Shown one piece after another: positions 59,258 to 64,000 of a DNA stretch of 64,000 nucleotides. The notes under the pieces are model-generated. The model ran no database searches. It was not told where the DNA came from and was given only the letters and a program-made list of their open reading frames with translations. Source of the stretch: a virus (lineage: Duplodnaviria > Caudoviricetes). A program made the translations under genes and the position numbers. Within the stretch, counting starts at the first letter, position 1; each line of letters starts with the position of its first letter. Where the stretch lies: the IMG/VR virus record IMGVR_UViG_3300028805_000041, positions 147,224 through 211,223 of that record; one strand, written 5' to 3'.

Positions 59258-59689
59258 TTATTCTTGTTTTATGTTGCCTAAATTTTTGAAAACTTCAGCA
59301 TTTGAAATGGCATCCTCGTTTTCGGGCTGTATTAAGAGAACAGCATTGTTATATTCGATTGCCTTGTCAATATCCCCAATCGCATACATTATATACGACA
59401 AGCGAAGCATTGGTATCCACGTGTAGAATGATTCATCGAGTTTTTCACCACTAATATCCACATATATGTTTCCTATTGCCGCTTCAAACCAAAAACGTGC
59501 CCACACCAAATTCCCCATTTCTAAATATAGGTCACCCATGTGACAGCAAACATCGGCTCTTGGATAATCGGTTGAAACAGAGGCAAGTGCGGCATATTTC
59601 AGCGCATTTTTAAGGTCCTTGTCCTTTTTATATTTGAAGGACATTGCCATAAACTCATTCAAATTGTCTATACTATTTGGTGTATCCAT
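59258..59689 (-). CDS. TPR-repeat protein
   Basis: RADVCCHMGDLY, ARFWFEAA, DKAIEYNNAVLLIQPEN. Confidence 0.75.
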   Translation of the reverse strand: MDTPNSIDNLNEFMAMSFKYKKDKDLKNALKYAALASVSTDYPRADVCCHMGDLYLEMGNLVWARFWFEAAIGNIYVDISGEKLDESFYTWIPMLRLSYIMYAIGDIDKAIEYNNAVLLIQPENEDAISNAEVFKNLGNIKQE

Positions 59690-59729
59690 CTTCCTTTTTC
59701 TTTAAATATAAGATTTTCAATTATTTTTA

Positions 59730-59739
59730 TGTATATTTG
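59730..59739 (+). promoter_or_regulatory. TGTATATTTG promoter element
   Basis: Exact decamer 33 nt before the MTase ATG. Confidence 0.7.
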
Positions 59740-59762
59740 TTATGAAAAAAATATAGAAGCAA

Positions 59763-60569
59763 ATGACAAAATCACCATTGAGATATCCGGGTGGAAAGAC
59801 AAGAAGTGCTGACATTATAGTAAGTTATGCACCCGAAGATTTTAAAGAATACAGGGAACCGTTTGTCGGCGGTGCATCTGTCTTTCTTAAAATCAAGGAG
59901 AAACATCCGAATATAAAGTTTTGGCTCAATGACATCTACGAAGACTTGTATGCATTTCTTAACCAATGCAGATACAATTCAAAATCGCTTGTAAATGAAA
60001 TTAAGCAAATAAAGGCGATGAATAATGTTCCTGACGGTAAAACGCTGTTCAACACCTTAAAGTCAGCCATAGACAAACAAAACAAATTTTGGAAGGCGGT
60101 GTATTTCTTTGTAATCAACAGGATAAGTTTCAGTGGCACAGCGATGAGCGGAGGATATAGTCAGGCAGCATTTGACGGTAGGTTCACTGATAATTCAATA
60201 AATGCGATTATACCGTTCGGAAATGAACTTAAAAAGAACATGAAAATTACAAATTGGGATTATGAGCGTGTGGTTGAACGTGATGGTGATGATGTGTTCA
60301 TTTATCTTGATCCGCCATACTATACGGCGGAGAAATCAGCATTATATGGAAAAAACGGGAAATTCCATAAGGGTTTTGATCATGAACGTTTTGCAAGGGT
60401 AATGAAAGAGTGCAAACACAAGTGGCTCATAACATATGATGATTGCGAATACATAAGGAACCTTTTCTCCTTTGCCAATATTGTTCCGTTTGAAGCAAGT
60501 TACGGAATGAAAAATGTCGGAGAGGAATCCAAACAGAAGGGCAGGGAAATATTGATTATGAACTATTAA
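59763..60569 (+). CDS. DNA adenine methyltransferase (D12/Dam family)
   Basis: SPLRYPGGK, EPFVGGASV, YLDPPYY, EILIMNY. Confidence 0.92.
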   Translation: MTKSPLRYPGGKTRSADIIVSYAPEDFKEYREPFVGGASVFLKIKEKHPNIKFWLNDIYEDLYAFLNQCRYNSKSLVNEIKQIKAMNNVPDGKTLFNTLKSAIDKQNKFWKAVYFFVINRISFSGTAMSGGYSQAAFDGRFTDNSINAIIPFGNELKKNMKITNWDYERVVERDGDDVFIYLDPPYYTAEKSALYGKNGKFHKGFDHERFARVMKECKHKWLITYDDCEYIRNLFSFANIVPFEASYGMKNVGEESKQKGREILIMNY

Positions 60570-60593
60570 TAACAGTTGTAAATAAAACGATTA

Positions 60594-60974
60594 ATGCCAA
60601 TAACAGTCTATAACAGGTCAAAAGAGAGCCATTACGGTCCATATAATTTTCCCATTTTTAGGGGAAAAAGTCATCTTGGCAATCCATATACGCACATAAA
60701 GGACAGGGATACAAAGGCTATGTATGTTGTGTCGGATAGAGATGAAGCCATTGATATGTATGAAAAATATTTTGACATAATGTATGGTTCGAATATAGAA
60801 TTCACAAGAGAGGTGGATACTATATATGAGGCATATAAAAATGGCGAGGATGTCTATCTTGAATGTTATTGCAAACCGCAAAGATGTCATGGCGACATAA
60901 TTGCGGAAAAACTTAGAAAAAGACTTATTAAAGAAAAACTTAAAGAATATAGAAATGAGCAGAATACTAAATAA
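60594..60974 (+). CDS. DUF4326-like protein
   Basis: LGNPY, AIDMYE, LECYCKPQRCHGD. Confidence 0.75.
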   Translation: MPITVYNRSKESHYGPYNFPIFRGKSHLGNPYTHIKDRDTKAMYVVSDRDEAIDMYEKYFDIMYGSNIEFTREVDTIYEAYKNGEDVYLECYCKPQRCHGDIIAEKLRKRLIKEKLKEYRNEQNTK

Positions 60975-61863
60975 TGGTAAATGGCACGGTATTTGGGACA
61001 GACCAAAATACAAGGAATTTAGGGACAGAATACTCAATACCTTTAATGAACTCGTGTTTGACGAGGGACCACATAAATACTACCTCAATGGTGTTGAGAT
61101 AACCTGTGTCTCAAATGTGACACATCTGTTCCAAGAACACTTTGATGAAGAGGGAATTGCACAGAGGACATTTGAAAAACATTACAACAATCCCGATTCA
61201 AAATATTATCAGATGACCGTTGATGAGATTATAGAGTCGTGGCACAATTACTCAAAACAGGCTTGTGATCACGGAACGGAACGTCATGAGTTCGGCGAAT
61301 CGTGTTTCTATTTTATGACGGAGCAGTATGACAAGATACTTCCCGCATTCAAGGACAGACTCATTTTGCCTGAGAACAATGACGGAAAGTACGGTTTTGA
61401 GGCAATTTATCCGAAGGAGGAGGCAACTGTCAAGTTTTGGGAGGACATACCACAATGTGTGGTGCCAATACTTGCGGAAAATAAGGTATATGACAATGGA
61501 CTTGGTTATTCAGGTACATTTGATATGTTATTCTATTATGATGCGGAACTTGACGGAAAAAGCGCGGATAAGAGCGGATTCTACATTATGGACTATAAGA
61601 CCAACAAGGACCTTTATAAGAATTTCAATGAGAAAAAACTCTTGGCACCATTCAATGAATTGCTTGATATGCCGTTGAACATATATAAGTTGCAATTGTC
61701 ACTTTATCAGAATTGTATCGAACTGATTGATATGCACGTAATTGCAAGAAGTCTCATATGGCTTAAGCCAAATGGGGAATATGAGAAAGTAAAACTTGAG
61801 GAATATGTAAAAAAATTGAGGGATGCGTTGAGCAAGATGAATTTATTGGAACATAAGAAATAA
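60955..61863 (+). CDS. PD-(D/E)xK exonuclease
   Basis: FDEGPHKY, GTERH, SGTFD, IMDYKTN, YKLQLSLY. Confidence 0.85.
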   Translation: MSRILNNGKWHGIWDRPKYKEFRDRILNTFNELVFDEGPHKYYLNGVEITCVSNVTHLFQEHFDEEGIAQRTFEKHYNNPDSKYYQMTVDEIIESWHNYSKQACDHGTERHEFGESCFYFMTEQYDKILPAFKDRLILPENNDGKYGFEAIYPKEEATVKFWEDIPQCVVPILAENKVYDNGLGYSGTFDMLFYYDAELDGKSADKSGFYIMDYKTNKDLYKNFNEKKLLAPFNELLDMPLNIYKLQLSLYQNCIELIDMHVIARSLIWLKPNGEYEKVKLEEYVKKLRDALSKMNLLEHKK

Positions 61864-61874
61864 AACATATAACT

Positions 61875-62456
61875 ATGATTATCAAAATTGACGTTGACGG
61901 TGTTATCCGCAACATAACAAAACCAATGACGGAATTGTATGAAAGGGATTTCGGAGATACAATTTCGGAAGACGATTTCACCGATTATGACGTGGATGTC
62001 GTATTCCCGAAACTTAATGGCAAGGCAAGGGAATATTTCTTTATTGAGAATGGAAAGTATGTTTTCAAGGATGGTGCAACGGTTATAGACGGAGCAAAGG
62101 AGGCCATTGACATATTGCATAACGCAGGACATAAGATTGTGATAGTGACGTGGCAGATAGGGTTGGCAAATAAGATATACACCCTTCAGTTCTTAGAGGA
62201 ACACGGCATCTATTATGATGACATATGTTTTACAAGGGACAAAGACATTGTTTTTGGAGATGTGATAATCGATGATAATCCTGAATTTCTTGAAAATGAG
62301 GAAAATGCGTTGAAGGTGTGTGTCAATGCACCATATAATGCGAATTATAACCCGCTTAATACGATAAAGGTCAATAAACTGTTTGATTTAACGGAAATAT
62401 TGGCTGTTTGTGGTGAAGTAAAAAATAAAAATGAAAAATATGGAAAAAAACTCTAA
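61875..62456 (+). CDS. HAD-family 5'(3')-deoxyribonucleotidase
   Basis: IDVDGVI, IVT, IIDDNP, APYN. Confidence 0.85.
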   Translation: MIIKIDVDGVIRNITKPMTELYERDFGDTISEDDFTDYDVDVVFPKLNGKAREYFFIENGKYVFKDGATVIDGAKEAIDILHNAGHKIVIVTWQIGLANKIYTLQFLEEHGIYYDDICFTRDKDIVFGDVIIDDNPEFLENEENALKVCVNAPYNANYNPLNTIKVNKLFDLTEILAVCGEVKNKNEKYGKKL

Positions 62457-62820
62457 ACAACCCTCCCCAATATCTCAAACCGCAGTGTTTGGGGATTACG
62501 AAATGGTTAATGAACCCTCCCATTACGGGAAGTACGGTCAACAGACAGTTGACATTATGAATTCTATTTGGAAACCGTTCCTGATATCAATGTGGTGCAA
62601 AATCACCGCATTCAAATACAGGATGAGACTCGGAGAAAAACCCGACAATCCAATCGAACGGGAACTCGACAAGGAAAACAAATACCTGTCAATGTATGAG
62701 AAATATAAGAAAATGTGGACGGGAATGGAAACAATACCATATGATTGGCTCGACGACGACTTCAAACTTTTCCTTGAAAAAATACACTTCAGCGACGGAA
62801 CGAAACTAACAGTACTGTAG
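62431..62820 (+). CDS. DUF3310-like protein
   Basis: MVNEPSHY...AFKYRMRLGEK. Confidence 0.7.
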   Translation: MKNMEKNSKQPSPISQTAVFGDYEMVNEPSHYGKYGQQTVDIMNSIWKPFLISMWCKITAFKYRMRLGEKPDNPIERELDKENKYLSMYEKYKKMWTGMETIPYDWLDDDFKLFLEKIHFSDGTKLTVL

Positions 62821-62835
62821 AAAGAAAACAGTTTT

Positions 62836-62871
62836 AAGATGCACCAAAAACAAGTGCATCTTTTTTTTTTT
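62836..62871 (+). terminator. Rho-independent terminator
   Basis: AAGATGCAC-loop-GTGCATCTT followed by a long T run. Confidence 0.85.
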
Positions 62872-63015
62872 ATGACAATAGTTCGGAACCTTCTCTTTTT
62901 TTCTCTTTTTTACACTAAAAATATCTGTATTATTGGCGGTGTTTCACTATTTATTTATGATACGTTTATATGTATCTTAATATATTAAGGAATAATAAAA
63001 AAATAAGTTTAAAAT

Positions 63016-64000
63016 ATGGACGAAAGAGAAAAAATTGTACATATTCATAGTGGTGTAGAAGGGCGGCTCCCCCAAGAAAACCAAATTGAATATGGTGAAA
63101 TCGCGATTAATTACAATTCTAACAGCCCATTTATTGCAATTAAAACTTCGGGAGAAACCATTGCCGACAACAAGGTAATTACCGCAGTGTTCGCAGGTGA
63201 ATACGTTGAGGCCACAGAGGGTGTCATCTCCCCCTATGTATCCGCAGGTACACTGATGTTCCCCGTGTCAATCGGAGAACAGGGAGAAATGGGTATCGAC
63301 GGATATAGGGGCGATCAAGGTGTTATCGGAGCAAGAGGTCCACAAGGACACCGAGGCGAACGAGGACCGCAAGGTAATACCGGACGAGCTGGATTAACCG
63401 GCGTTCAAGGCGACCAAGGCGAAACAGGTGAACAAGGTGATACCGGAGACCGTGGTGCACAAGGTGAACGTGGTGCACAAGGAATTAAGGGCTATCAGGG
63501 TGAACAAGGATTTGTCGGAGAACAAGGTTTCCAAGGAAGTCAGGGAGACATGGGTCCACAAGGTGCCACCGGTGCTGATGGCGAAAAAGGTTATCAGGGT
63601 GCACAAGGTGCCGCTAACACGGAGACAGGTTCCGTAGGTGCTGAAGGTAACAGAGGTCCGCAAGGTGCTACAGGCGAGGATGGTTCTCAGGGTTATCAAG
63701 GCTCACAGGGTTCTGAGAACATCATTACGGGTTCCGTAGGTGCTGAAGGTAACAGAGGTCCACAAGGTGCTACAGGCAAGGATGGTTCTCAGGGTTATCA
63801 AGGCTCACAAGGTACGCCAAACACAGAGACGGGTGTAATCGGTGCTGAAGGTAACAGAGGCCCACAAGGTGCTACAGGCGAGGATGGTTCTCAGGGTTAT
63901 CAAGGCTCACAGGGTTCTGAGAACATCATTACGGGTTCCGTAGGTGCTGAAGGTAACAGAGGTCCACAAGGTGCTACGGGTGTCAACGGTTCTCAGGGTT
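63016..64000 (+). CDS. Collagen-like fibre protein (3'-truncated; absent from the ORF track)
   Basis: MDEREKIVHIHSGVEGRLPQENQIEYGEIAINY... then G-X-Y repeats to the window end; TATTTAT at 62948. Confidence 0.88.
   Translation, partial: MDEREKIVHIHSGVEGRLPQENQIEYGEIAINYNSNSPFIAIKTSGETIADNKVITAVFAGEYVEATEGVISPYVSAGTLMFPVSIGEQGEMGIDGYRGDQGVIGARGPQGHRGERGPQGNTGRAGLTGVQGDQGETGEQGDTGDRGAQGERGAQGIKGYQGEQGFVGEQGFQGSQGDMGPQGATGADGEKGYQGAQGAANTETGSVGAEGNRGPQGATGEDGSQGYQGSQGSENIITGSVGAEGNRGPQGATGKDGSQGYQGSQGTPNTETGVIGAEGNRGPQGATGEDGSQGYQGSQGSENIITGSVGAEGNRGPQGATGVNGSQG
63628..64000 (+). repeat. 102-nt tandem repeat (34 aa)
   Basis: Unit starts at 63628, 63730, 63832 and 63934. Confidence 0.9.

Noticed and set aside
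917-62765. Numerous short antisense or nested ORFs in the six-frame track
   Set aside because: They lie within strong genes, lack promoter or start context and have shadow-frame composition
62820-63015. tRNA or structured ncRNA in the largest intergenic gaps
   Set aside because: Gaps are short and AT-rich and are explained by terminators and promoters; no cloverleaf seen
63394-63699. Two ORFs called over the collagen region
   Set aside because: Shadow frames of the G-X-Y repeat gene that starts at 63016
1-64000. Stop-codon reassignment (TAG or TGA) as in Lak and some crAss-like phages
   Set aside because: Very long genes are intact under code 11, and TAG ends complete genes (e.g. nrdG at 9248, and 62820 before a terminator)
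41460-64000. Tandem repeats as a CRISPR array
   Set aside because: Unit lengths are multiples of 3 inside ORFs, there are no unique spacers, and no cas genes are present

Overview
This 64-kb window is an AT-rich, densely coding fragment of a large myovirus-type (jumbo-like) dsDNA phage that uses the standard genetic code. The host is most likely an anaerobic Bacteroidota: there are TTTG-N19/20-TAnnTTTG promoters, no obvious Shine-Dalgarno sites, a class III RNR and a Bacteroidota-style sigma factor. Contents in order: (1) 1-9.3 kb replication and nucleotide genes (SSB end, RecA/UvsX, 5'-3' exonuclease, DnaB helicase, NrdD, thioredoxin, NrdG); (2) 9.8-33.7 kb baseplate and very large virion proteins; (3) 33.7-45.5 kb minus-strand block with Mre11, primase, a six-gene fibre operon, RuvC and a methyltransferase; (4) 45.6-63 kb with Rad50, two sigma-70 factors, putative internal head proteins, holin/spanin-like genes, a GT6 glycosyltransferase, a Dam-family MTase and small enzymes; (5) the start of a collagen-like fibre gene. 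The main unexplained patterns are a strict plug-and-socket domain grammar collinear with gene order in the fibre operon, an [S/T]-G-x-T motif enriched in virion proteins near glycosylation enzymes, three promoter classes matching two phage sigma factors, and a shared leader on solo late genes. All calls come from motif recognition by eye; no searches were run.
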